Virus record (IMG/VR): IMGVR_UViG_3300020442_001876
Span: 1-31,832 of that record
Strand: one strand, 5' to 3'
DNA from: a virus
Taxonomy: Duplodnaviria; Caudoviricetes
DNA: 31,832 nt
The position numbers and the translations under genes are program-made. The notes beneath the pieces were generated by a model. That model saw only the letters and a program-made list of their open reading frames with translations, was not told the origin of the DNA and made no database searches. Position 1 is the stretch's first letter. Each line of letters starts with the position of its first letter. Positions 16,485 to 25,264 of this stretch are shown piece by piece.

Positions 16485-17148
16485 AATAATCGTAGCATTA
16501 GATTACACGAATCCTTTAGATGCATTAGAAATGGCGGCTAAACTTAGAGACGTGGTAGACGGATTTAAAATTAACCATGCATTATGGAGCCAAAGTGTTT
16601 ATATCAAAGATTATACAAAAGACAACGAACTTTTTATTGATTGTAAACTGTGGGATACACCAAACACTGTCAAGCAAGTACTACAAAAAATTGTAGATAA
16701 GGGTGCAACAATGGCAACTATTTGTACTCAAAACAGTGAAAGTGTATTCGAAGCAATACAGCCATTTGCAAGTATGACAAAACTTTTAGGAGTTACATAT
16801 CTTACAAGTTGGGACGGACAAGAAAGAGCAAGTTTATATAATAATACTGTGGAACAAATGTGGGAAACCAGTATTGATAAAATGATAAAATATAAATTTG
16901 CTGGTGTTATCTGTAGTCCATTAGATATCAAAACTATAAAATTTGTAAAACCTTACAATCATTTAATTAAAGTTTGTCCTGGAATACAAACAAAAAACTA
17001 TGAATCAAAAAAAGACCAAAAAAGAGTTACAACACCCAAAGAAGGACAGCAACTTGGTGCAGATTTCTTGGTTATTGGAAGATCTATTACTGAGTCAAGC
17101 GATCCGATCGACACAATCCAAAATATACGCAAGAGCTTATCGGCATAA
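16468..17148 (+). CDS. pyrF: Orotidine 5'-phosphate decarboxylase
   Basis: IIVALD, FKI, DCKLWDTPNT (DxKxxD), GVTYLTS, VCPGI, DQKRVTTP, LVIGRSI. Confidence 0.92.
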   Translation: MTNTSKIIVALDYTNPLDALEMAAKLRDVVDGFKINHALWSQSVYIKDYTKDNELFIDCKLWDTPNTVKQVLQKIVDKGATMATICTQNSESVFEAIQPFASMTKLLGVTYLTSWDGQERASLYNNTVEQMWETSIDKMIKYKFAGVICSPLDIKTIKFVKPYNHLIKVCPGIQTKNYESKKDQKRVTTPKEGQQLGADFLVIGRSITESSDPIDTIQNIRKSLSA

Positions 17149-17175
17149 ATACTAATAATTAATTAGGAGCATTTA

Positions 17176-18828
17176 ATGGCCGTTGTACAGATATCACGTA
17201 TACAAATTAGAAGAGGACAAAAGAACCAAGGGTCTGGTTTACCACAATTAGCCAGCGGAGAACTTGGTTGGGCTATTGATACAAGAGAATTATACATAGG
17301 TAATGGCTCTGTAAGTGAAGGATCTCCAGCAGTAGGTAATACAAAAGTATTAACGCAATATGATAATATATTTTCACTAGCAGATACATATACGTACAGA
17401 ACAGATGATGCATACATACAGACTGGCAGTTCTAGTGTTAGTCCAATTCAAAGAACATTACAAGACAGACTAGATGATACTGTAAGTGTAAGGGCTTTTG
17501 GATTAACTGGCGTCACTAGTCAAAATGCAACTGTAGGATTACAAAGGGCCATTGATCAATTATTTTTAAATTCTGCTACAAAAGGCAGTGAACAAAGCAG
17601 AGTAGTGCTTAATTTAGAGCCAGGAATATATATAATAGATGCAACAATAAATATTCCACCTTACTGTATATTACAAGGGGCAGGACCTGATCGCACAGTT
17701 ATTAGACAGACTGGTAACTTCCCTATAATAAAAACAGTAAACGACAGTAGCACTCCTGGTAATTATGCAAATGATTCTTCTAGTACCTTCAACAATCAAG
17801 CTAGAGAAATTATAATCAAAGATTTGACTTTACAAAATAATACAACAAATTTAGGTATGCTTTTAGAAAGTTGTAGAGACAGTGTATTTGAAAATGTAAA
17901 CATTATTGGACCTTGGCAGACTGCAGATACTATTCCTGCAGATTTTGCATCTAGCACAGGTGTAAGAATGGATTCGTTAAGTGGATCAGTTGAAAGCAGC
18001 AAAAATAAATTTATAAATTGTAAAATTACAAACTGGGCATATGGTATCATGAGTAATTTTGATATAAACAATACCGTAATAGACAAATGCCATTTTGATT
18101 ATTGTGGTAATGCAATTAACTTAGGTGTGAATATGACATTAAGCACACCAGCTACAGGCAGATCAACAGGACCAGTCAATACCCTGATATCAAATAATGT
18201 TTTTTCAAATATCAATAGATATGGTATTTGGGTAGAAAACGGCACTTACAATACTTCTAAAGGAAATAGTTTTACACTGGTAGGAAATGAAGGTGGCACT
18301 GAAGCACAACCTGTATATTCATGTATTAAGTTTAACAAAGTAGGCAACCAAAGTGTATCTGATTTTTTTGCAAGAACAGAAGCACTTTCATATACACAGG
18401 CAAATATTAATTCTTCTCCGTATGTACCAGAGATACAAGGAACAATAGACTATACGGACGGATTTACACATAGTCTTTCAATATCACAAACAGGCGGAAC
18501 AAAATTATTTAGACTGCCTGGCTTTGCAAATCAATCGTTTATAATTGAATATCAGATGATGAGCGAAACTTACGAAATGCAGAGAATTGGAACAATGACT
18601 ATAACAACTGAAATAAGATCTACACCTACAGTAAATATCACTGACGATTATGATTATTCAGGAGATGTTACATATGAAGATAATATTTCATTCACCGCGG
18701 CGATTGCAGATGTAAATGCAGACTTGACAAACGACACAATAGATGTTACAGTAGTAAGTACAATGCCGAGCAACGACACGACACAATTCAAGTTTAGAGT
18801 ACTCAATAGAAAAACTAGCCTTGTGTAA
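17176..18828 (+). CDS. Tail fibre/spike-like structural protein with a right-handed beta-helix (pectate-lyase-like) domain
   Basis: N-terminal IQIRRG...LASGELGWAIDTRELYIGNG fibre-type module; VSVRAFG...LQRAID...PGIY...GAG and Asn-ladder repeats; TAAATA 17146-17151; AGGAG RBS. Confidence 0.75.
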   Translation: MAVVQISRIQIRRGQKNQGSGLPQLASGELGWAIDTRELYIGNGSVSEGSPAVGNTKVLTQYDNIFSLADTYTYRTDDAYIQTGSSSVSPIQRTLQDRLDDTVSVRAFGLTGVTSQNATVGLQRAIDQLFLNSATKGSEQSRVVLNLEPGIYIIDATINIPPYCILQGAGPDRTVIRQTGNFPIIKTVNDSSTPGNYANDSSSTFNNQAREIIIKDLTLQNNTTNLGMLLESCRDSVFENVNIIGPWQTADTIPADFASSTGVRMDSLSGSVESSKNKFINCKITNWAYGIMSNFDINNTVIDKCHFDYCGNAINLGVNMTLSTPATGRSTGPVNTLISNNVFSNINRYGIWVENGTYNTSKGNSFTLVGNEGGTEAQPVYSCIKFNKVGNQSVSDFFARTEALSYTQANINSSPYVPEIQGTIDYTDGFTHSLSISQTGGTKLFRLPGFANQSFIIEYQMMSETYEMQRIGTMTITTEIRSTPTVNITDDYDYSGDVTYEDNISFTAAIADVNADLTNDTIDVTVVSTMPSNDTTQFKFRVLNRKTSLV

Positions 18829-19256
18829 TGTTCAGCCTTAGCCAATATGAGGATAGACTCCTTGAATGGGCGGAGTTTCGACAAAGCCTAGAAAAGGATG
18901 AATATCCGTTTCAAAAGGTTGTAGACTTCTATAACCGTATTCCTAGATGCAGTATTAATACTGATCCTTGGAATAAAAAGATTTGGCCTGGGCCTTGGGA
19001 ATTAGTATACGAAAATCAATACTGTAATTTTTGTATAATACTAGGAATGTGTTATACATTGCAGTTAACAGAACGTTTTAAAGGAGAAGCTTTTGAGATA
19101 CATATTGCAAAAGATAACAAAAATTCATCTTTACACTATTATCTCACTATTCAGGGATATGTACTTGGCTTTTCGGACGGAGAGGTTTTGCACATGAACA
19201 AGTTACCCACAAACTTAATTGTTCAAAAATCTTTTCTAATGGATAATATACAATAA
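18828..19256 (+). CDS. Hypothetical protein, possibly transglutaminase/papain-like fold
   Basis: WPGPWELV...YCNFCIILGMCYTL...HYYL loosely resembles BTLCP-type Cys/His arrangement. Confidence 0.55.
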   Translation: MFSLSQYEDRLLEWAEFRQSLEKDEYPFQKVVDFYNRIPRCSINTDPWNKKIWPGPWELVYENQYCNFCIILGMCYTLQLTERFKGEAFEIHIAKDNKNSSLHYYLTIQGYVLGFSDGEVLHMNKLPTNLIVQKSFLMDNIQ

Positions 19257-19278
19257 ATATAGGATACGAGGAAAAAAT

Positions 19279-21591
19279 ATGTCAAACGGAAATAACATTT
19301 ATATCATTAAAAGAGACGGAAACAAAGAAGAATTAAATATTGATAAAATCCATAAAGTAGTTGAATTTGCCTGTACAGGGTTAGCTGGTGTTAGCAGTAG
19401 TCAAATAGAAATGAATGCAAACATACAGTTCTACGATGGTATGAGTTCAACAGAAATACAAGAAATACTTATAAAAAGTGCTAATGATCTTATTTCCTTA
19501 GATAATCCTAATTATCAATATGCCGCGGCAAGACTTTTACTTTACACAACATACAAAGAAATATTTGGCGAATATAAAACTTTACCTTTACGAGAGCTTA
19601 TTGATATTAATATTGATAACGGAGTGTATGATCCGGAAATTTTAGAAAAATATACAGATGAAGAATTAGAAAAATTAGACAAATGGATTAATCATAAACG
19701 TGATGAAAATTTTACCTATGCAGGCTTGAGACAAGTTGTTGACAAATATCTTTGTCAAGATAGATCATCTGGAGAGATGTATGAAACTCCACAATATATG
19801 TATATGATGATAGCGGCAACTTTGTTTGCAAATTATCCAAAAGAAGATAGGTTATATTATGTAAGGAGATATTACGATGCGACCTCCCTTTTTAGACTCA
19901 ACATACCAACGCCGGTCATGGCCGGAGTGCGTACTCCAGTTAGGCAGTTTGCCAGTTGTGTGCTCGTTGATAGTGACGACACACTTGATTCGATCTTTGC
20001 GTCAGACATGTCCATCGGTAGATACACGGCTCAAAGAGCTGGTATCGGTATTAACGCAGGACGTATCAGAGGCGTCAACTCAAAAATCAGAGGAGGAGAA
20101 GTAGCACATACAGGTATCATTCCTTTTCTAAAAAAGTTTGAATCAACTGTGCGTTGTTGCACACAAAATGGTGTACGTGGCGGAAGTGCTACAACACATT
20201 TTCCATTCTGGCATCAAGAGATTGAAGATATTCTTGTACTTAAAAATAACAAAGGCACTGAAGATAACCGTGTACGGAAGTTAGATTATTCAATTCAAAT
20301 GAATAAAACTATGTATGAAAGATTACTTAGTGGTGGAAAAATTACACTTTTTTCTCCGCATGATGTACCAGGGTTATATGAAGCATACTTTGGCGATGCA
20401 GATAAGTTTCAAGAATTATACGAATCTTACGAAAGAAAAACAAGTATCAAGAAGAAGTCTATCGACGCAATGGAATTATTTTCTGCACTAATAAAAGAAC
20501 GTGCAGAAACCGGACGTATCTATATAATGAATGTAGATCATTGTAATTCGCATAGTTCATTTAAGGACACTGTATATATGAGTAACCTATGCCAAGAAAT
20601 TACATTGCCAACAAAACCATTGCAACATATTGATGATGATAATGGTGAGATTGCTCTTTGTATTCTCAGTGCTATCAACGTAGGTGTTATTAAGTCTTTA
20701 GATGATTTAGAAGATCTATGTGATCTTGCAGTTAGAGCTTTGGAAGAAATTATTGATTATCAAAAATATCCTATTGTGGCGGCTGAAAAGTCCACAAAAG
20801 CTAGAAGGAGTTTGGGCATAGGCTATATAGGACTAGCACATTATTTGGCGAAACAAGGTGTATCATATGATAGTAAACGTGCATGGAAATATGTACACGA
20901 TTTATCAGAAGCTTTTCAATATTACTTGCTGAAAGCCAGTAATGAATTAGCACAAGAAAGAGGAGCCTGCGATTACTTTGACCGCACTAAATATAGCGAT
21001 GGCATACTGCCTATTGATACTTATAAAAAGGACGTGGATAATATTGTTCCACATAAATTAAAATATGATTGGAATACTCTTCGCGAGGACATACGAACAC
21101 ACGGTTTACGGCACAGCACATTGTCCGCACAGATGCCTTCAGAGAGCAGTTCCGTTGTGTCGAATGCCACAAACGGTATTGAGCCACCTAGAGGATACCT
21201 GTCCGTTAAGAAAAGCAAAAAAGGGCCTCTTAAGCAGATTGTTCCGCAATATCATACCTTAAAAAATGAATATACATTATTATGGGAAATGACTAGTAAC
21301 GAAGGCTATATTAATATTGTTGCTGTCATGCAAAAGTTCTTTGATCAAGCAATATCAGGTAACTGGTCATACAATCCAACACAGTATGACAATAACGAAG
21401 TACCTATGAGTGTTATGATTAAGGATTTGTTAACTACATATAAACTTGGTTGGAAAACAAGTTATTATCAAAACACCTATGACTTCAAAACGGATCCTAG
21501 TGAAGTTGAAGAGGAGAAGCCAGTGGTAAATACACAACCTATATCAGCGGAACAGCAAGACGAAGAAGAATGTGAGGCCTGCACTATTTAG
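19279..21591 (+). CDS. nrdA: Ribonucleoside-diphosphate reductase class Ia alpha subunit
   Basis: N-terminal ATP cone (IIKRDG), PTPVMAG, FASCVL, SNLCQEI, QMPSESSS, C-terminal CEAC; no intron or intein seen. Confidence 0.98.
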   Translation: MSNGNNIYIIKRDGNKEELNIDKIHKVVEFACTGLAGVSSSQIEMNANIQFYDGMSSTEIQEILIKSANDLISLDNPNYQYAAARLLLYTTYKEIFGEYKTLPLRELIDINIDNGVYDPEILEKYTDEELEKLDKWINHKRDENFTYAGLRQVVDKYLCQDRSSGEMYETPQYMYMMIAATLFANYPKEDRLYYVRRYYDATSLFRLNIPTPVMAGVRTPVRQFASCVLVDSDDTLDSIFASDMSIGRYTAQRAGIGINAGRIRGVNSKIRGGEVAHTGIIPFLKKFESTVRCCTQNGVRGGSATTHFPFWHQEIEDILVLKNNKGTEDNRVRKLDYSIQMNKTMYERLLSGGKITLFSPHDVPGLYEAYFGDADKFQELYESYERKTSIKKKSIDAMELFSALIKERAETGRIYIMNVDHCNSHSSFKDTVYMSNLCQEITLPTKPLQHIDDDNGEIALCILSAINVGVIKSLDDLEDLCDLAVRALEEIIDYQKYPIVAAEKSTKARRSLGIGYIGLAHYLAKQGVSYDSKRAWKYVHDLSEAFQYYLLKASNELAQERGACDYFDRTKYSDGILPIDTYKKDVDNIVPHKLKYDWNTLREDIRTHGLRHSTLSAQMPSESSSVVSNATNGIEPPRGYLSVKKSKKGPLKQIVPQYHTLKNEYTLLWEMTSNEGYINIVAVMQKFFDQAISGNWSYNPTQYDNNEVPMSVMIKDLLTTYKLGWKTSYYQNTYDFKTDPSEVEEEKPVVNTQPISAEQQDEEECEACTI

Positions 21592-21592
21592 G

Positions 21593-21621
21593 TTGACACA
21601 GTGTTTATCTGATGTTACATT
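21593..21621 (+). promoter_or_regulatory. Sigma70-type promoter between nrdA and nrdB
   Basis: TTGACA 21593-21598, 17 bp, TGn-TACATT 21616-21621. Confidence 0.65.
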
Positions 21622-21639
21622 ATAAAAAAGGAATGAAAA

Positions 21640-22743
21640 ATGGCGAAAACTGTATTCAATAAAGACAAAGTAGATTTCACCAAGCAGAACATGTTTTTTG
21701 GTGCAGATCAAAATACACAAAGATATGATGTATTTAAATTTCCTGTGTTTGACAAATTAAATCAAACTATGTTAGGTTATTTTTGGAGACCCGAAGAAGT
21801 TAGTTTGCAAAAGGACAGAGCAGATTATGCAAACTTTAGACCAGAACAAAAACATATTTTTACTGCAAATTTAAAATATCAAACTTTGTTGGATTCAGTA
21901 CAAGGCAGAGGCCCATGTTTAGCCTTTTTGCCTCATGTATCATTGCCAGAACTTGAAGGCTGTATTGTAACTTGGGACTTCTTTGAAACTATTCACAGTC
22001 GTTCTTATACACATATTATGAAAAATGTATATGCAGATCCTAGTGAAGTATTTGATACTATATTAGATGATGAAAAGATTTTAGAAAGAGCAGTTAGTGT
22101 TACAAAGCATTATGATGCTTTCAATGAAACCGCAGATAAGTTTATGCATCTAAAGCAAGGATCCATGAAAGATGTCAAAAAGAAACTATACCTTGCAATG
22201 ATGACTGTAAATATACTAGAAGGCTTACGTTTTTATGTATCTTTTGCATGTACTTTTGGATTTGGAGAATTAAAATTAATGGAAGGTAGTGCTAAGATTA
22301 TTTCACTTATTGCTAGAGATGAAGCACAACATTTAGCACTTAGTACACACGTTTTAAAATTATGGCAACAAGGTAAAGACGATCCACAAATGGCAAAGAT
22401 AGCAAAAGAATGTGAAGAAGAAGTATATGATTTGTGGCGTGAATGTGTAGCTGAAGAAAAAGCCTGGGCTGAATACTTATTTAAAGACGGTTCTATGATA
22501 GGGTTGAATGCACAACTTTTACATAGATATGTTGAATACATAGCTAACAGAAGACTGAAAGCATTAGGCTATGATGCAATATTTGATCAACCACAAAATA
22601 ATAATCCGCTTCCTTGGACACAACACTGGTTGAGTAGTGCAGGACTACAAGTTGCTCCACAAGAGACTGAAGTAGAAAGTTATATTGTAGGCGGAATCAA
22701 ACAAGATGTAACAAAGGATGCCCTTAAAGGGTTTGAACTATGA
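21640..22743 (+). CDS. nrdB: Ribonucleoside-diphosphate reductase class Ia beta subunit
   Basis: FWRPEEV, LLDSVQGR, ETIHSRSY, LEGLRFYVSF, RDEAQH, VAPQETEVESY. Confidence 0.98.
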   Translation: MAKTVFNKDKVDFTKQNMFFGADQNTQRYDVFKFPVFDKLNQTMLGYFWRPEEVSLQKDRADYANFRPEQKHIFTANLKYQTLLDSVQGRGPCLAFLPHVSLPELEGCIVTWDFFETIHSRSYTHIMKNVYADPSEVFDTILDDEKILERAVSVTKHYDAFNETADKFMHLKQGSMKDVKKKLYLAMMTVNILEGLRFYVSFACTFGFGELKLMEGSAKIISLIARDEAQHLALSTHVLKLWQQGKDDPQMAKIAKECEEEVYDLWRECVAEEKAWAEYLFKDGSMIGLNAQLLHRYVEYIANRRLKALGYDAIFDQPQNNNPLPWTQHWLSSAGLQVAPQETEVESYIVGGIKQDVTKDALKGFEL

Positions 22744-22994
22744 TTAATATAGAAATATACGGAAAGCAAAATTGTGCTAGTTGCACAAAAGCTAAAATGT
22801 ATTGCGAAAGTCGTGGTTGGAATTTTTCATATCTAGAGCTTGACCGAGATTTCACTCGGGACGATGTGTTAGAAAAATTTCCAGGTGCTAGGACTTTTCC
22901 GCAAATAAGAATACATGGCCAGAATGTAGGCGGATTCGAAGACTTTATGAAGTACATCGATGACACTGGATTTACAAATTCAGGACACGGGTAA
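22740..22994 (+). CDS. Glutaredoxin
   Basis: CASC active site, RTFPQI, VGGF; follows nrdB. Confidence 0.92.
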   Translation: MINIEIYGKQNCASCTKAKMYCESRGWNFSYLELDRDFTRDDVLEKFPGARTFPQIRIHGQNVGGFEDFMKYIDDTGFTNSGHG

Positions 22995-22998
22995 TCAT

Positions 22999-23286
22999 AT
23001 GCTAGTAGAAAATGTTTACAAAGAAGGTGATACTGTATCTATCAAAATAACATCTGGTGAAGAAGTTGTTGGTAGATTAGTTGAGGAGACATCTTCACAC
23101 GTCAAGCTCAAAAAACCTATGATGGTTGTAATGTCTGGACAAGGTATAGGGTTAGCACCTTATATGTTTACTACTACAAGTGAAGACATTAAGTTTAATG
23201 CAAATTTAGTCGTAACAACTGCAAAAACTATCGAAGATATAAACAAAAAATATCTCGAAGCAACTACAGGTTTAAAACTAAACTAA
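22999..23286 (+). CDS. Sm/LSm-like fold protein
   Basis: GDTVSIKITSGEEVVGRL...VKLKKP pattern typical of Sm-like beta-barrels. Confidence 0.6.
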   Translation: MLVENVYKEGDTVSIKITSGEEVVGRLVEETSSHVKLKKPMMVVMSGQGIGLAPYMFTTTSEDIKFNANLVVTTAKTIEDINKKYLEATTGLKLN

Positions 23287-23297
23287 AGGAGATAAGT

Positions 23298-23474
23298 ATG
23301 AGTATACATGAACAAATCGTTCAAGCATTTAACAATTATGTGGCTGAACAAGAATCTTTTGAAACAAAAGGTGTGAAAGCCGCGGCGGCCCGTGCAAGAA
23401 AAGCACTAGGCGACCTTGGTAAACTTACAAAAGAAAGACGTAAGGAAATCCAAGAGAAGAAAAACAATATGTGA
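23298..23474 (+). CDS. Histone H1-like Hc1-family small basic protein (58 aa; absent from the ORF track)
   Basis: AAGGAG RBS; MSIHEQIVQAFNNYVAEQESFETKGVKAAAARARKALGDLGKLTKERRKEIQEKKNNM contains the G.KAAA.RARK motif. Confidence 0.75.
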   Translation: MSIHEQIVQAFNNYVAEQESFETKGVKAAAARARKALGDLGKLTKERRKEIQEKKNNM

Positions 23475-23480
23475 TCAGAT

Positions 23481-23759
23481 ATGGCTATGCGAGGTGGTCA
23501 AACCTTCAAAGAAGAAATACAGCCAAATAAAAAATATAAACCATATAAAGGAATCGGTCGGCTAATACATGGTCGGCCGGTTGTCTTCTATGCAACTGAT
23601 GATCCTGAATTTCAAATGTGGATACACAGACGAAAAGAAAGAATCCGGTTAGGAGTGCTTTCTCTGTTCTGGGCATCATTTGCTTATATTGTAGTAGACA
23701 TTTTTTATTTGCAAGTATATAAAGAAATGGTTGACAATACCATTCGATATATGTTATAA
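23481..23759 (+). CDS. Small membrane protein, hypothetical
   Basis: One hydrophobic segment LGVLSLFWASFAYIVVDIFYL; 3' end overlaps the tmRNA promoter. Confidence 0.55.
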   Translation: MAMRGGQTFKEEIQPNKKYKPYKGIGRLIHGRPVVFYATDDPEFQMWIHRRKERIRLGVLSLFWASFAYIVVDIFYLQVYKEMVDNTIRYML

Positions 23760-23762
23760 ATA
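23731..23762 (+). promoter_or_regulatory. Composite promoter for tmRNA: sigma70 -35/-10 overlapping a perfect T4-type late TATAAATA
   Basis: TTGACA 23731-23736; TGnTATAAA; TATAAATA 23755-23762. Confidence 0.7.
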
Positions 23763-23766
23763 TAAT

Positions 23767-24072
23767 ACAACGTTGAAGCAATTCGAAAGTTGGACTGGAC
23801 CCGGGGGCGGTACCCGGCGCCTCCACCAAAACACTTTTAAGACGAGAGTCTTTTTATGGGGGCGAAATAGGATCGACAGGCAGTGAATAGGAAAGTGGAG
23901 TTGTCCGGATGTAAGCTCGGTTAACGCGAACAAACTTTATAAATGCAAACGAAAACTTTGCACCTGAAGCGTTCACTTCTTTAGACATGTCTATGGACAG
24001 TGAACTTATCGCCGCTTAATAACCGGTGAGCTTCGCGGTATGGTTCCACCGGGCAACAGAACGGGCCATTCC
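23767..24072 (+). ncRNA. ssrA: tmRNA, circularly permuted two-piece alphaproteobacterial type (acceptor piece ~23767-23828, intervening segment 23829-23857, coding piece 23858-~24072)
   Basis: T-arm CCGGG-GGCGGTA-CCCGG, then CGCCTCCACCA; downstream GGGGGCGAAATAGGATCGAC completes a 7-bp acceptor stem with G3-U70; tag ORF 23945-24019 ANENFAPEAFTSLDMSMDSELIAA then TAATAA; outer ends approximate. Confidence 0.95.
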
Positions 24073-24096
24073 TTCCTTATATAAAATAAATACAGT

Positions 24097-25080
24097 ATGC
24101 TTGTACAAGAAATCCTCATCGAGAAAAAAGATAAAACCGCAGACTTAGGGCAAACTATTATAAGTTTGTTGAAGAAAACTCCTAAGGCAAAACGTGCAGG
24201 TAGCCAAGGGCAATTCCAAAACGATCCTGGTAAGATACATGCTAAAGCAAGAGCATACTTTAGGACTTGGTGTAAAAGAAACGGCATGAAATATATCAAT
24301 CCTAACATAATGAATCGTGGTGGAAGTAAAATACGTTTTTATACATTTGTAGGTATGATGCAAAAAGAATGTGGTCTTCCTGTATCAGGTGTCCTTGACG
24401 TGTCTACTATGAGAGGATTTTTGGAAAATTCAAATAGATTTACAGACAATTATATAAACAGTAGAGTAGAGCAATCAATATCTTCTAGTTCATCGTCTGT
24501 TCCTAGAGGCTGTATTGATGTTGTAAAGGCAATTGAAAATCCGGTTAATTTATGGACAAGTGCATATGCTAGTTATCATGATATCAACGGGAGGCTAGAT
24601 AGTGGTATTGGTCCTGGACAGGTAGAACCTAAAACATACGGTGATGTTAAAGGTGGAACTTTTAATTTTGCAGACTGGGATGACGTGACAAGTATTCAAA
24701 AATTAACTACATTGATGTTAGAAGCAATACAACTGAAAATGGGATTTGCAGATAGAATTGCTAAAAAGGGCGGGAGAGAATTTGCAACATTAGAAGACTT
24801 TGCAAAAGCATGGAATTACAAACATTTTGGTAAAGCAAAAAACATTTACGGAGATAACAAGCCAATGCGTCCTGAAATGGTTACAAAGTCTCCGCCAAAA
24901 AGACCCGACGATCTAGGTAAAGAACCTAAAGCACCCAAAGTAGATAAAACTTCAATAGATAAAGCAGTAACTAAAGCATTAGAACCAGAACAAAAACCTG
25001 AAGAAAAACCAGGATACTTTAGTAGACTTAAAAAAGGTTTGGGTAGTATGGTTCAAAATTATTTAGATTCGGATAAATGA
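24097..25080 (+). CDS. Putative virion-associated peptidoglycan hydrolase (PG-binding-like segment + lysozyme/SLT-like motifs)
   Basis: QKECGLPVSGVLDVST; KAIEN and GIGPGQVEPKTY (E...GxxQ) and AWN; starts MLVQEILIE; TAAATA 4 nt before the ATG. Confidence 0.5.
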   Translation: MLVQEILIEKKDKTADLGQTIISLLKKTPKAKRAGSQGQFQNDPGKIHAKARAYFRTWCKRNGMKYINPNIMNRGGSKIRFYTFVGMMQKECGLPVSGVLDVSTMRGFLENSNRFTDNYINSRVEQSISSSSSSVPRGCIDVVKAIENPVNLWTSAYASYHDINGRLDSGIGPGQVEPKTYGDVKGGTFNFADWDDVTSIQKLTTLMLEAIQLKMGFADRIAKKGGREFATLEDFAKAWNYKHFGKAKNIYGDNKPMRPEMVTKSPPKRPDDLGKEPKAPKVDKTSIDKAVTKALEPEQKPEEKPGYFSRLKKGLGSMVQNYLDSDK

Positions 25081-25250
25081 CGAATCCTCCGGAAACAATA
25101 ATATATGTTGATCAACCCCGTGTTTGGTGTATGGGAGAAAACATGGATCATCCAAAAGTTTACTATACCATTCCAGAAAATGGTGAAGCAGTATGTGGAT
25201 ATTGTGATATAAAGTACAGATTAGAGGTTGACAAATCTGATAATTCGTAG
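25077..25250 (+). CDS. zf-CHCC zinc-finger protein (NDUFS6-like; 57 aa, absent from the ORF track)
   Basis: MTNPPETIIYVDQPRVWCMGENMDHPKVYYTIPENGEAVCGYCDIKYRLEVDKSDNS: C-x6-HPxV-x(n)-CGYC. Confidence 0.85.
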   Translation: MTNPPETIIYVDQPRVWCMGENMDHPKVYYTIPENGEAVCGYCDIKYRLEVDKSDNS

Positions 25251-25256
25251 TATATT
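25228..25256 (+). promoter_or_regulatory. Sigma70-type promoter
   Basis: TTGACA 25228-25233, 17 bp, TATATT 25251-25256. Confidence 0.7.
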
Positions 25257-25264
25257 AAGTTATT

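Noticed and set aside
19250-19265. ACAATAAATATAGG resembling an NrdR box upstream of nrdA
   Set aside because: Single copy, lacks the conserved C of the consensus, and is better explained by the stop codon plus the TAAATA motif
19870-20100. Locally more GC-rich codon usage inside nrdA suggesting mosaicism
   Set aside because: Visual impression only; it coincides with highly conserved protein segments and cannot be quantified here
19279-22743. Introns, inteins or homing endonucleases in nrdA/nrdB
   Set aside because: Both frames are continuous and of normal length
23797-23828. Apparent tRNA 3' half ending CCA
   Set aside because: No D or anticodon arm upstream; it is the acceptor piece of the permuted tmRNA
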